Under the pieces are notes generated by a model, which worked only from the letters and a program-made list of their open reading frames with translations, had not been told where the DNA came from and made no database searches. A stretch of DNA of 64,000 nt from an uncultured Chloroflexia bacterium (GTDB lineage: Bacteria; Chloroflexota; Limnocylindria; Limnocylindrales; CSP1-4), in contig CAWEYL010000006.1 in the NCBI GenBank assembly GCA_963813335.1, positions 32,001-96,000 of the forward strand. The letters run 5' to 3'. Position numbers and translations under genes: made by a program. This document shows positions 8,217 through 18,361 of this stretch, in pieces (the stretch's first letter is position 1; each line of letters starts with the position of its first letter).

Positions 8217-9917
8217 CTAGCCCTTCCGCGCGCTGGCGGTGACCAGCTGCTCGGCGCCCTGTTGGAGGCCCTCGTAGAGCGCGGTCACGGTCTCGACCGT
8301 GTCGATCTCGTCCGCTGACTTGTCGGGCCGGAGCGCCACGATCCGCGGGAAGCGCAGCGAGAACCCCGACTTGTGGCGGTTCGAGCGCAGGATCACGTCG
8401 AAGCCGATCTCGACGACGACCGTCGGCTCGACCTGGCGGTAGCGCCCGTATCGCGCCACGGTGTGCGCCTCGAACCAGCGGGTCATCTCGGCGATCTCGG
8501 CGTCGGTCAGGCCGCTGTAGGCCTTGCCGATCGTGACCAGCCGGTCGTGCTCGGTATCGCGGACCGCGAACGTGTAGTCGCTCAGCACGCCGTGACGCTT
8601 GCCATGGCCGACCTCCACGCCGACCACCACGCAGTCGATGGTCGCGAGCGCCTTCTTCATCTTCAGCCAGCCGAGACCGCGCCGGCCCGGCGAGTAGCCG
8701 CTCTCGGGGTCCTTGACCATCAGGCCCTCGTTGCGCCGCCCGCGCGCGTCGAGGAAGGCGGCCTCCAGCGCGTCGGCATCTGCCGCCACGGCAAGGGTCG
8801 AACGCGCGAACCGGCCGCCGTCGCCGGCGAGCGGCAGGTCGATCGCCTCCAGGCGCCGGCGTCGCTCCGCGAGCGGGACCCGCAGCAGCGGCTCGATCGG
8901 CGCGCCATCGCCGGCCCCCAGCGCCAGCGCATCGAAGGCGACGAAGATGACCGGCACCTCGGCCTGGATCGCCGCCGACGGCGTCTTGCGCCCGAGCCGA
9001 GCCTGGAGCGCGACGAACGGCAGCACGACGCCGTCCTTCCAGCCGAGGATCTCGCCGTCGAGGATGCCGTCCCATCCGAGCGCCGTCGACGCGGCGGCCA
9101 CCTCGGGGAACTGCCCCGTCACGTCGTGCAGGTCGCGCGAGAAGAGGCGGACCTCCCGGCCCCGCTTGTGGAGCTGCGCCCGGATGCCGTCGTACTTGTC
9201 CTCGACCCAGACCTCGGGCCCGAGGCGCCGGACGATCTCGGCGGCATCCTCGGCCGGCGAGGCGAGCATGAACTTGAGCGGGTGGAAGACCGTCATCTCC
9301 GCCTCGGCCAGCCGGTCGTCGCGGGCGAGGGTGGCGAGCCGGCCGACGTCCCCGGTCAGCATGCCGGCCCACTTGACCTCGTCGAGCGGGCGGTCGAAGG
9401 CCTTCGCGATGGCCGCCTCCAGCAGCCCTTCCCGGAGCCCGATCCGAAGGTCGCCGCCGAGCACCTTGACGATGCCCTTGACGGTCGCCGGGTCTGATCG
9501 CTCGAGGATCGGCCGCAGGATCGCGACCTTCCTCGCGGGCCCGGAGGCCGCTTCGATCGCCGCGAACGCGGCGGCCACCTCGGGGAGGGTCGGGCTGACC
9601 TCGGGCGGCGGCGCATGCCCGACCCCGGCCAGGACGTCCTCGACGGCGAGCCCGAGGTCGGAATGACGGTCGTAGGCGGCGCCGAGCGCCTCGCGGTCCA
9701 CCCCGGCGATCTCGGCGATCGCGGTGGCCATCGCCGACCAGCCGAGGCCGATGGACCGCTGGTCCGCCTCCGCGAACGGCCGCCCGGTCAGGAACACCGC
9801 GGCCACCGGGAGCTCGTCGGGGGAGAGGCCGCGGAGGTACTCCGCGAGCAGGGCGGTCTTCTCGGAGGTCCGGGTCGTCGACGCGACGCGCTCCGCCACC
9901 TCGCTCCAGCGTCGCAT
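8217..9917 (-). CDS. ATP-dependent DNA ligase (LigB-like)
   Basis: EDKYDGIR (motif I), LDGE, AFDAL, EGLMVK, WLKMK, SLRFPR. Confidence 0.93.
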   Translation of the reverse strand: MRRWSEVAERVASTTRTSEKTALLAEYLRGLSPDELPVAAVFLTGRPFAEADQRSIGLGWSAMATAIAEIAGVDREALGAAYDRHSDLGLAVEDVLAGVGHAPPPEVSPTLPEVAAAFAAIEAASGPARKVAILRPILERSDPATVKGIVKVLGGDLRIGLREGLLEAAIAKAFDRPLDEVKWAGMLTGDVGRLATLARDDRLAEAEMTVFHPLKFMLASPAEDAAEIVRRLGPEVWVEDKYDGIRAQLHKRGREVRLFSRDLHDVTGQFPEVAAASTALGWDGILDGEILGWKDGVVLPFVALQARLGRKTPSAAIQAEVPVIFVAFDALALGAGDGAPIEPLLRVPLAERRRRLEAIDLPLAGDGGRFARSTLAVAADADALEAAFLDARGRRNEGLMVKDPESGYSPGRRGLGWLKMKKALATIDCVVVGVEVGHGKRHGVLSDYTFAVRDTEHDRLVTIGKAYSGLTDAEIAEMTRWFEAHTVARYGRYRQVEPTVVVEIGFDVILRSNRHKSGFSLRFPRIVALRPDKSADEIDTVETVTALYEGLQQGAEQLVTASARKG

Positions 9918-9945
9918 GGCGGCGATGGTATACCGTGCCCAGACC

Positions 9946-10638
9946 ATGGCCGATCGGAGCTGGTTCCCGGAGTCCCTGCCCGGCGAGAAGGTCGTCCTGC
10001 GGCGCCACGTGTCCGGCAACCTGCAGGCCTTCCGGCGCTGGTATGCCGACCGCGAGATCGCCCGGCTCGCGCGCTACCAGGAGACCCCGATGCGCGAGGA
10101 GGAGATCACGCGCTTCTTCGAATCGCGGGTGATCGGCACCGAGGCGCTGGCCATGGCCGTCCACGTCCGCGCCACGGACCGGCTGATCGGCACGTGCGCC
10201 TTCAGCCAGCTCGACGCGGAGAACGGCTCGGCGCTCTACCACATCACCATCGGCGAATCCGATGCGTGGGGCCATGGCTACGGCACGGAGGCGACCCAGC
10301 TGATGCTGGATCACGCCTTCGGGACGCTCGGGCTGCACCGCATCGCGCTGTTCGTCTTCGAGTTCAACGAGCGGGCCGTGCGCGCCTACCGGCGTTGCGG
10401 GTTCGTCGTGGAGGGGCGCGCGCGCGAATCGATCTGGCGCGACGGCCGCTGGTGGGACGAGCTGGCGATGAGCGTGCTCCAGTCCGACTGGCGCCAGACC
10501 CGCGGTCACCTGGTCGCGGACGCGACCGACACGGACGCCGCCGACCTCGACGGGAGCGACGAGGCAGGACCGACCGGAGACGCCGTGGGTGCCGGCGGGA
10601 CGGACCGGCTGCGCCGGGTGATCGGGAGGTGGCGATGA
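9946..10638 (+). CDS. GNAT N-acetyltransferase (RimJ/RimL-like); start 9946 or 9925
   Basis: WGHGYGTEA, FNERAVRAYRRCGFVVEG. Confidence 0.85.
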   Translation: MADRSWFPESLPGEKVVLRRHVSGNLQAFRRWYADREIARLARYQETPMREEEITRFFESRVIGTEALAMAVHVRATDRLIGTCAFSQLDAENGSALYHITIGESDAWGHGYGTEATQLMLDHAFGTLGLHRIALFVFEFNERAVRAYRRCGFVVEGRARESIWRDGRWWDELAMSVLQSDWRQTRGHLVADATDTDAADLDGSDEAGPTGDAVGAGGTDRLRRVIGRWR

Positions 10639-10913
10639 CGACGACCGGCGCCGCGGCCGATGCCGCGCGAGCGGAGGTCCGCGAGCTCATCGAGGCCAAG
10701 GGCCACGCCGTCGACAACGCGCGGGCCGTGGTGGACCGGCTGGAGGCCGCCTTCGCGGCCGGCGACCTGGTCCGGACCCCCTCGATGGACCTCTACCTCG
10801 GCGACCTGATGCGCGCGCTCGAGCAGGACGACGGCCAGAAGCTCGGCGGCAAGAGCGCCGAGGCCTCGCGCTTCATCCTGCGCGCGATCGACCGCGAGCT
10901 CGACCAGGCCTGA
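10635..10913 (+). CDS. Small alpha-helical hypothetical protein
   Basis: ATGA overlap with the GNAT stop, GGAGG SD, 92 aa. Confidence 0.7.
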   Translation: MTTTGAAADAARAEVRELIEAKGHAVDNARAVVDRLEAAFAAGDLVRTPSMDLYLGDLMRALEQDDGQKLGGKSAEASRFILRAIDRELDQA

Positions 10914-10967
10914 CGGGGGTCGGGGCGTGGTGGCCCGGACGCGGGGGCCACGCCTTCCGTCCGCTCC

Positions 10968-11142
10968 TATGTCGCCCATTCATCAGACACGAGGAAGGCG
11001 GGCAGACAAGCCGCACTCTTGGGCACCGGCGCCCCGGTGTGCGTGCGTGGCGCCGCTCGAGCCGCGCTCGAACGAGGCGCGGATCCCGGCTCGTCGAGCC
11101 TCTATCCATCCCGTAGGCCAGAAGGTATGAATGAGTGACATC
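10968..11142. repeat. ~175-bp inverted-repeat-bounded element, family B copy 1
   Basis: TATGTCGCCCATTCAT (10968-83) and ATGAATGAGTGACATC (11127-42); homologous to 48021-48194. Confidence 0.65.
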
Positions 11143-11225
11143 GACGCCGGAACAGGCCGGACAGGGCCCGGAACCGGGCCGGGCGGGTCGCCCAGTGCCG
11201 GTTCCCACGGCAGGAGGAGGACATC

Positions 11226-11696
11226 GTGAGCGGACCACCCAGCCCTCCGGACCTGGACCAGGCGACACGCCGCGCACTCGCGGTCGGCCTGTTCAACCGG
11301 ACGTGGGAGCTGCTGGAGACGCCGGACCGGACACCCGCCCAGGTCGACGAGATGATCCACGCGGCGCATGCCTCCCGCTACCACTGGGGCGAGGTCGCCG
11401 AGGACGTCCACCTCGCCCGGGGCGAGTGGCAGTGCGCCCGGGTGTACGCGGTGCTCGGGCGCGCGGAGCCCACGCTGTGGCACGCCCGCCGCTGCGTGGA
11501 GCTCGCGGAGGCCGACGAGGCGCGTGAGGACTGGGATCTCGCCGCGGCCTACGAGGCGATGGCGCGCGCCCACCACGTCGCAGGCGACGCCGCGTCGGCC
11601 GCCGGATGGAAGGCGAAGGCGCAGGCGGCCCTCGCCGGGGTCGCGGACGCGGAGGACCGCGAGGTCATCGAGGCGGATCTCGCCGCGCTCCCCTGA
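11226..11696 (+). CDS. Conserved hypothetical helical protein
   Basis: AGGAGGA SD; LFNRTWELL, HAAHASRYHW, ARGEWQCARVY, AYEAMARA. Confidence 0.8.
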   Translation: MSGPPSPPDLDQATRRALAVGLFNRTWELLETPDRTPAQVDEMIHAAHASRYHWGEVAEDVHLARGEWQCARVYAVLGRAEPTLWHARRCVELAEADEAREDWDLAAAYEAMARAHHVAGDAASAAGWKAKAQAALAGVADAEDREVIEADLAALP

Positions 11697-11756
11697 CCCG
11701 CTCCCGCGGCCGTAGACTGTGGACCTCCCCACGACACCGCCCGGAGGCGCCTTCCC

Positions 11757-12707
11757 GTGACCGACCTCAAGACCGGCATCCTGCTCTGGAACCAGGCGAC
11801 CTCCTGGCCCGACCAGCTCGCGGCGGCCCGCCTTGTCGACCGCCTGGGCTACGACCACATCTGGGCGTGGGACCACCTCTACGCGATCTTCGGCGACCCG
11901 TACCAGCCGATCTTCGAGGGCTGGACCTCGCTCGCGGCATTCGCCATGGCGACGGACCGGGCGCGGCTCGGCCTGCTCGTGGGCGCCAACACGTTCCGCA
12001 ACCCGGGCCTGGTCGCCAAGACCGCGGCCACCCTCGACCACATCAGCGGCGGGCGGGCGATCCTCGGCATCGGCGGCGCGTGGATGGAGCCCGAGCACCG
12101 GGCCCACGGGATCGAGTTCGGGACCGGCTTCGGCCAGCGGCTCGACTGGCTGCATGAATCGGTCGGCGCGATGCGTGGCGTCCTCGACGGGGAGTCGGTC
12201 ACCTCGGCACCGGGCGGCCGCTACCAGTTCGACGACCTGCGCCACCAGCCGCTGCCGCTCCAGCGGCGGCTGCCGATCATGATCGGCGGCTCGGGCGAGA
12301 AGAAGACCCTGCGGACCGTCGCGACGTATGCCGACATGTGGAATGGGATGGGCAGCGTCGAGAAGATGCAGCACAAGGTCGAGGTGCTCCAGGGGCACTG
12401 CGACGCGGTCGGCCGCGACATCGGCGAGATCGAGTTCACGCTCGGGGTCAAGCTCACGATCCGCGACTCGGCCGCCGAGGCGGAGCGCGTCCAGCACGCG
12501 GCGATGGCCCACAACCGGACCCCGCTCTCGGAGGTCGCGGACGACGACACGTTCTGGAACGGCAACCCGGAGCAGATCGCCGACCGGCTGCGCCCGTACG
12601 TCGAGATGGGCTTCCGCACAGTCATCTCGGAGCAGCCGGCGCCGTACGACACCGAGACGCTCGAGCGGTTCGTCGGCGAGGTGAAGCCGCTCATCGACGC
12701 CGGGTGA
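11757..12707 (+). CDS. LLM-class (luciferase-like) flavin/F420-dependent oxidoreductase
   Basis: WAWDH, TLDHISGGRAILGIGG, PIMIGGSGEKKTLR. Confidence 0.9.
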   Translation: MTDLKTGILLWNQATSWPDQLAAARLVDRLGYDHIWAWDHLYAIFGDPYQPIFEGWTSLAAFAMATDRARLGLLVGANTFRNPGLVAKTAATLDHISGGRAILGIGGAWMEPEHRAHGIEFGTGFGQRLDWLHESVGAMRGVLDGESVTSAPGGRYQFDDLRHQPLPLQRRLPIMIGGSGEKKTLRTVATYADMWNGMGSVEKMQHKVEVLQGHCDAVGRDIGEIEFTLGVKLTIRDSAAEAERVQHAAMAHNRTPLSEVADDDTFWNGNPEQIADRLRPYVEMGFRTVISEQPAPYDTETLERFVGEVKPLIDAG

Positions 12708-12735
12708 CCGAGCGGGTCACGACGGAGCCGGACCG

Positions 12736-13977
12736 ATGAGCGCGACTGCCGCCACCGTCGAGTTCGAACACGTCACCAAGCGCTACGACGCGCACGCGAC
12801 GGACACCCCGGGCGCCGTCAACGACCTGTCGCTGTCGGTCCCGGCCGGCAGGATCTGCGTGCTCGTGGGGCCGTCCGGCTGCGGCAAGACGACGTCGCTC
12901 AAGATGGTCAACCGGCTGATCGAGCCGACGAGCGGACGGATCCTCATCGACGGGGTCGATGCCGCCACCCGCGACGTCGACGAGCTGCGGCGCTCGATCG
13001 GCTACGTCATCCAGCAGGTCGGCCTGTTCCCGCACCAGACGATCGGCGAGAACGTGGCGGTCGTGCCACGGTTGCTGGGCTGGGACAAGGCCCGCCAGCG
13101 CGAGCGCGCCGACGAGCTCCTGGCGCTGATCGGGCTGGACCCGGCGAGCTACCGCGACCGCTACCCGAGCCAGCTGTCGGGCGGGGAGCGCCAGCGCGTC
13201 GGGGTCGCCCGGGCGCTCGCGGCCGACCCGCCGATCATGCTGATGGACGAGCCCTTCGGGGCGGTCGATCCGATCGTGCGGGAGCGCCTGCAGAACGAAT
13301 TCCTGCGGCTGCAGGAGGAGCTGGCCAAGACCATCCTGTTCGTGACCCACGACATCGACGAGGCGATCAAGATGGGCGACCTCGTCGCGGTCATGCGGGC
13401 CGGCGGCCACCTCGCCCAGTTCGGCCCGCCGGCCGAGATCCTGGCGGCGCCGGCCAACGAGTTCGTCGCCCGCTTCGTGGGCGCTGACCGCGGCCTGAAG
13501 CGCCTCTCCCTGCGACGGGTCGCCGAGCTGGAGCTGCGGACGCCGGTGCTCGCACGCGCGGGCGATGACGCCGGGGAGGTCCGCCGCCGGCTCGCCGCCG
13601 ACCCCTTCCACTACGCCCTCCTGGTCGACGACGACGACCGGCCGATCGGCTGGGTCGACGATGACGCGATCCCCGCAGCGGGGCCGATCCCGGTCGAGGC
13701 CGCCGAGCCGATGTCGCCGCTGCTCGACCGACGCACCACCATGCGCGACGCGCTGTCGATGCTGCTCGACGCGGCCGTCCAGGCCGGCATCGTGGTCGAC
13801 CGCACGGGCAAGGTCCGCGGCATCGTCACGGTCGACCAGGTGGCCGGGTTCATGCGCGAGACCGCCGAGCCCGGTGCCGCGACGATGGCCGACGGGCGCC
13901 CGACCGCCGACGACGAGGAGGCCGGCGGCGGGATGGTCGCGGCCGCCGAGCCCGAGCCCGGCGAAGCCGTCCGATGA
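12736..13977 (+). CDS. Osmoprotectant ABC transporter ATPase with CBS domains (OpuCA/OsmV-like)
   Basis: GPSGCGKT, LSGGERQR, MDEPFGAVDP, VTHD. Confidence 0.93.
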   Translation: MSATAATVEFEHVTKRYDAHATDTPGAVNDLSLSVPAGRICVLVGPSGCGKTTSLKMVNRLIEPTSGRILIDGVDAATRDVDELRRSIGYVIQQVGLFPHQTIGENVAVVPRLLGWDKARQRERADELLALIGLDPASYRDRYPSQLSGGERQRVGVARALAADPPIMLMDEPFGAVDPIVRERLQNEFLRLQEELAKTILFVTHDIDEAIKMGDLVAVMRAGGHLAQFGPPAEILAAPANEFVARFVGADRGLKRLSLRRVAELELRTPVLARAGDDAGEVRRRLAADPFHYALLVDDDDRPIGWVDDDAIPAAGPIPVEAAEPMSPLLDRRTTMRDALSMLLDAAVQAGIVVDRTGKVRGIVTVDQVAGFMRETAEPGAATMADGRPTADDEEAGGGMVAAAEPEPGEAVR

Positions 13978-14642
13978 TCGACTGGGCCTGGCTCGCGGAC
14001 CACCTCGACGAGCTGGCGTTCCGGACCGTCCAGCACCTGGTCCTGACGGCGATCGCGGTCGGCATCGGCTTCCTGATCGCGTTCGGCCTCGCCCTCTGGT
14101 CCGTCCGCCGGCGGGCGGTCTACGGCCCGGTCATCGCCCTGACCGGTGTCGCCTACACCATCCCGAGCCTGGCGATGTTCGCCCTGTTCATCCCGATCAC
14201 CGGCATCTCGATCCTGACGGCGGAGATCCCCCTGGTCCTCTACACGCTGCTGATCCTCGTGCGCAACATGGTGGCCGGCTTCGACACGGTGCCGCGCGAC
14301 GTCCTCGAGGCGGCGGATGGGATGGGCTACCCGCGCGACCGCCGGCTGTGGCGCATCGAGCTCCCGCTCGCGATCCCGCTGATCGTGTCGGGCGTCCGGC
14401 TCGCGACGGTCTCGACCATCGGCCTCGTGACGATCACCGGGATCCTCGGCGACCGCTTCGGCGGTCTCGGCTTCTTCATCTTCGAGGGCATCCGCCACTC
14501 GTTCCCCACCGAGATCCTGATGGGTGCGATCCCGTCGATCCTGCTGGCCGTCGGGATCGACCTGCTGCTGGTCGGCCTCGAGCGCCGCATCACGCCGTGG
14601 TCCGCGCCGGAACGGGCCGCGACCAGGCCGACGACCGCCTGA
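13974..14642 (+). CDS. Osmoprotectant ABC permease
   Basis: TIPSLA, EAADGMG (EAA loop), GGLG. Confidence 0.9.
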   Translation: MIDWAWLADHLDELAFRTVQHLVLTAIAVGIGFLIAFGLALWSVRRRAVYGPVIALTGVAYTIPSLAMFALFIPITGISILTAEIPLVLYTLLILVRNMVAGFDTVPRDVLEAADGMGYPRDRRLWRIELPLAIPLIVSGVRLATVSTIGLVTITGILGDRFGGLGFFIFEGIRHSFPTEILMGAIPSILLAVGIDLLLVGLERRITPWSAPERAATRPTTA

Positions 14643-15409
14643 TGGACCTCCTGAGCGAGACGATCGCCTGGCTGACGGACCCGGCCAACTGGTCGGGCCC
14701 GAGCGGCATCCCCACCCGCATGGCGGAGCACATCGTCCTGTCGGCGGCATCGCTCCTGATCGCCATCGCCATCGCCCTCCCGCTCGGCCTGTGGGTCGGC
14801 CACACCCGGCGCGCGACCAGGGTCGTGGTCAACATCGCGAACCTCGGCCGGGCTGTGCCGACCCTCGCGGTCATCGCGCTGGTCCTGCCGATCACGGCCG
14901 CGATCGACCCGCAGAGCGGGTTCAAGATCTACCCGGCGGTGATCGCGATGGTGGTGCTGGCGATCCCCCCGATCCTGGTCAACGCCCAGACCGGGGTCAT
15001 GGGCGTCGACGCCGACCTCGTCGAGGCGGGGCGCGGGATGGGGATGCGCGGCGGCCAGCTGTTGCGTCGCGTGGAGGTCCCGGTCGCGCTGCCGATCATC
15101 CTCGGCGGGGTGCGGTCCGCGGCGGTCCAGGTCGTCGCGACCCTGACCCTGGCGGCCATCTTCGGCGGCCCGGGACTCGGCCGGTATCTCGTGGAAGGCA
15201 TCGCCCAGGTCGACGACGGGATGCTGTTCGGGGGCGTCGTCCTGGTGGCCGGCCTGTCGCTCGTGACGGAGGCCTCGTTCGCCGCTGCTCGGGCGCCTCA
15301 TCGTCTCGCCGGGCGTCCGCGGACCGACCGCCGAGCCGTGGATCGCGGGTCCGCTCGGGGCCGCACGCTGACGGTTCACGGAATCGATATCGGGCCGACG
15401 AGAACCTGA
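14642..15409 (+). CDS. Osmoprotectant ABC permease 2 (probable frameshift near 15283; true end probably ~15371)
   Basis: RAVPTLA, EAGRGMGM, GGPGLG; the shifted frame restores the typical LLGRLIVSPGVR end. Confidence 0.85.
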   Translation: MDLLSETIAWLTDPANWSGPSGIPTRMAEHIVLSAASLLIAIAIALPLGLWVGHTRRATRVVVNIANLGRAVPTLAVIALVLPITAAIDPQSGFKIYPAVIAMVVLAIPPILVNAQTGVMGVDADLVEAGRGMGMRGGQLLRRVEVPVALPIILGGVRSAAVQVVATLTLAAIFGGPGLGRYLVEGIAQVDDGMLFGGVVLVAGLSLVTEASFAAARAPHRLAGRPRTDRRAVDRGSARGRTLTVHGIDIGPTRT

Positions 15410-15416
15410 CACCCAG

Positions 15417-15437
15417 TTGTCACGTACGAAGTGATAA
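15417..15437. promoter_or_regulatory. Palindromic candidate operator TTGTCAC-N7-GTGATAA
   Basis: AT-rich dyad upstream of the substrate-binding gene. Confidence 0.4.
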
Positions 15438-15485
15438 GGTCGGCGCGTTTTCGCGTCTTCCGCGCGACGGTATAGGAGGAGACCC

Positions 15486-16385
15486 ATGCGGTTGTCCCGC
15501 GTGCTTGCCCTTGGGGCGTCGGTGCTGGTGCTGTTCGGCGCCTGCTCGACGGGTGGGGGCAAGCCAGCCATCAAGATCGGTTCCGACGGCTTCGACGAAG
15601 CCAAGGTCGTGGCCGAGGTCTACGCCCAGGTGCTCGAGGCGAACGGCTACACCGTCGACCGCGCCGGCATCGGTCTGGGCACGCGCAAGGTCACGGCGGC
15701 CGCCATCGAGAGCGGCCAGATCGATCTGAAGCCCGAATACCTCGGCGGCGGACTGGCGTACTACGCGCCTGGCACGACCACGACGAACTCGGATACCAAC
15801 AAGCAGCTGCTCACGGCGGCCCTGCAGCCGAAGGGCATCTCGGTCCTGGCCTACACGCCGGGGCAGGACACCAACGCGTTCGTCGTCCGCAAGGAGACGG
15901 CCGACCAGTACAGCCTCACGAAGATGAGCGACCTCACCGCCCACCAGGACGATCTCAAGTGGGCGCTCGCGACCGATTGCCCGACCAACCCGGTCTGCGC
16001 AGCCGCACTCAAGAGCGCCTACGGCCTCGAGCCCAAGAACGTGACGCTCCTGGACGCCTGCAGCGGCCCGATGGCCGATGCGCTCCTCCAGAAGACGGTC
16101 GACGTGGCCGAGCTCTGCTCGACCGGCCCCGAGATCATCGTCAACGGGTGGGTCCGCCTCGAGGACGACAAGGGGACGCAGCCGGCCGAGAACATCTCGC
16201 CGATCGTCCGCGACGACTTCCTCGCGAAGACCGACAAGGCCGCCTTCTCGAAGCTCCTCGACGACGTGTCGGCCAAGATCGATACGGCGACGCTGGCCGA
16301 CCTGTACAAGCAGGTCGCCATCGACAAGAAGGACCTCGCGGTCGTGGCCAAGACCTGGCTGCAGGCCCAGGGCATCGTCAAGTAG
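15486..16385 (+). CDS. Glycine betaine/osmoprotectant ABC substrate-binding lipoprotein
   Basis: AGGAGG SD, lipobox FGAC, IDLKPEY, QDTNAF, LEDDK, ENISP. Confidence 0.9.
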   Translation: MRLSRVLALGASVLVLFGACSTGGGKPAIKIGSDGFDEAKVVAEVYAQVLEANGYTVDRAGIGLGTRKVTAAAIESGQIDLKPEYLGGGLAYYAPGTTTTNSDTNKQLLTAALQPKGISVLAYTPGQDTNAFVVRKETADQYSLTKMSDLTAHQDDLKWALATDCPTNPVCAAALKSAYGLEPKNVTLLDACSGPMADALLQKTVDVAELCSTGPEIIVNGWVRLEDDKGTQPAENISPIVRDDFLAKTDKAAFSKLLDDVSAKIDTATLADLYKQVAIDKKDLAVVAKTWLQAQGIVK

Positions 16386-16427
16386 TCCAGCCGGTCGGGC
16401 CACCGGTCCGACCGTCGCCGATCATGT

Positions 16428-16456
16428 CGGACCCTCGGCTCAGGCCGGGGGTCCGT
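16428..16456. terminator. Hairpin at the convergent junction
   Basis: GGACCCTCGGC-TCAG-GCCGGGGGTCC. Confidence 0.5.
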
Positions 16457-17483
16457 CGATTCCGGGGGCGGCGTCCGTGACGTCGGCCGCTCCGGCCGTT
16501 GCCACCGCCGCGGTCCCTGCGGCGGCGGCCGCCCGACGGCCCCGTCCGGCGATGATCGCCACGACCCCGCCGATCGAGGTCACCGCGAGGATCGTCGCGT
16601 GGACCAGGAGCGCCATCGCGACCGCCTCGTTCTGGCCGAACCCGAAGGTCGTCGCGATGGCCGCCGCGGTCAGCTCGAATGTCCCCACGAAGCCCGGCCC
16701 CGACGGCACGATCGTCGCGAGCGCCACGCCCGTGGCGATCAGCGCCCCCTGCGCCAGCGTCAGCTCGATGCCGACGGCCTGGCCGCCGGCCAGGAACGTG
16801 ACGATCGAGGCGCCCCACGCCAGCGCGCTCAGGGCGATCGCCGCGGCCAGCGTCCGCGGCCGCCCGGCGACCTGGAGGCCCTCGCGCAGCCGCCGTCCGA
16901 GCTCCACGATCCGGGGCCAGCGCTCCAGGAACGCCACGACGCGGTCCGCGCCGGGCAGCCGGTGGGCCGCCATCCCGAGCCCGAGGGCGACCACCAGCAG
17001 CGTCACGAATGCAAGTCCGAGCAGGACGGCGCTGGTCATGACCCCGCGCACGCTCAGCACCAGCACGCTGAGGGCGGCGATCGTGACCACCATCACGGTG
17101 TCCACGATCCGCTCGACGACGACGGTCCCCAGCACGGTCGTCCGGCTGATCCCCTCCCCTTCGCCGAGCGCGTGGCTGCGCACGAGCTCGCCGAGCCGCG
17201 CCGGCAGGATGTTGTTGGCGAGGTAGCCGAGGTACGTGTAGCCGAGGACGCGCCGGTAGGGCAGCGCCGCGATCGGCGCGAGAAGCGCCTGCCAGCGCGC
17301 GCCGCGCGCGCCGATGTCGACCAGCGTCGTCGCGAACATCACCAGGATCCAGGCGGGCGCCGCGCCGCGCAGGACGTCGATGACCTCGGGGACGTCGACC
17401 GACCCCAGCAGGATCCGGATCGCGACGAGGCTGACCCCGATCCCGAAGGTCCCCCGCAGGAGCGCCCCTCTGCTGACCCGCAC
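16440..17483 (-). CDS. Lysylphosphatidylglycerol synthase TM / flippase-like protein (UPF0104)
   Basis: RGARWQALL, NNILPARLGE, ERIVD, PSGPGFVGTFE. Confidence 0.85.
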   Translation of the reverse strand: MRVSRGALLRGTFGIGVSLVAIRILLGSVDVPEVIDVLRGAAPAWILVMFATTLVDIGARGARWQALLAPIAALPYRRVLGYTYLGYLANNILPARLGELVRSHALGEGEGISRTTVLGTVVVERIVDTVMVVTIAALSVLVLSVRGVMTSAVLLGLAFVTLLVVALGLGMAAHRLPGADRVVAFLERWPRIVELGRRLREGLQVAGRPRTLAAAIALSALAWGASIVTFLAGGQAVGIELTLAQGALIATGVALATIVPSGPGFVGTFELTAAAIATTFGFGQNEAVAMALLVHATILAVTSIGGVVAIIAGRGRRAAAAAGTAAVATAGAADVTDAAPGIDGPPA

Positions 17484-17499
17484 CGTCGCGGCGCCTCCG

Positions 17500-18264
17500 T
17501 CAGTCCGGGCGGTCGTCGCGGGCGACGAGCTTGGGCGAGCGCCGGACCTTCAGGCGGTGCAGCAGGTAGCGGCCGACGACCCGCAGGGTCGAGAGGCCGT
17601 AGACGACGCTGCGCTTGAACCCCACCGAGGAGGCCTCCTCGAAGTAGCGCGTCGGGACCGCGATCTCGCCGATCCGCCGGCGCATACCCGCGGCGACGAC
17701 CTGGGCCACCAGCTCCTGGTCGAACACGAAGTCGTCGCTGTTGCGGTGGTACGGGATCGTCTCGAGCAGGTGGCGGCTGTAGGCGCGCAGGCCGGTGTGG
17801 TACTCGGACAGGTGCAGCCCGAATGCGACGTTCTCCACCCAGGTGAGGAACCGGTTCGAGACGTACTTCCAGCGCGGCATCCCGCCCGCCAGCGGGTCGC
17901 CGAGGAACCGGCTGCCCAGCATCAGGTCGCGCTCGCCGGCCGCGATCGGGGCGATCAGGGCCGGGATCCGCGTCGCGTCGTACTGGTAGTCGGGGTGGAG
18001 CATGACGACGATGTCGGCATCGGCCGCGAGCGCCGCGTCGTAGCAGGTCTTCTGGTTGCCGCCGTAGCCGCGGTTCTGGCTGTGGATGATGACGTCGAGG
18101 CCGAGGTGCCGGGCGACCTCGACCGTCTCGTCGCGGGAGACGTCGTCGACGAGGATGATCCGCTCGACCAGGTCGTGCGGGATGTCGGCGTACGTCCGCT
18201 CCAGGGTCCGGGCGGCGTTGTAGGCCGGCATGACGATGACCAGGCGCGGTCGGGCGGGGTCCAC
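17500..18264 (-). CDS. GT2 glycosyltransferase (polyprenol-phosphate sugar synthase-like)
   Basis: [32 protein letters not shown]. Confidence 0.9.
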   Translation of the reverse strand: MDPARPRLVIVMPAYNAARTLERTYADIPHDLVERIILVDDVSRDETVEVARHLGLDVIIHSQNRGYGGNQKTCYDAALAADADIVVMLHPDYQYDATRIPALIAPIAAGERDLMLGSRFLGDPLAGGMPRWKYVSNRFLTWVENVAFGLHLSEYHTGLRAYSRHLLETIPYHRNSDDFVFDQELVAQVVAAGMRRRIGEIAVPTRYFEEASSVGFKRSVVYGLSTLRVVGRYLLHRLKVRRSPKLVARDDRPD

Positions 18265-18361
18265 CGCGCGAAGGGTACCCGATGCCGGACGGTCACCGGC
18301 TCGTCATCGACGGTATGCGACGATATCGGCGTTCCCATCGATCCTCGAGGACGCACGCCCC

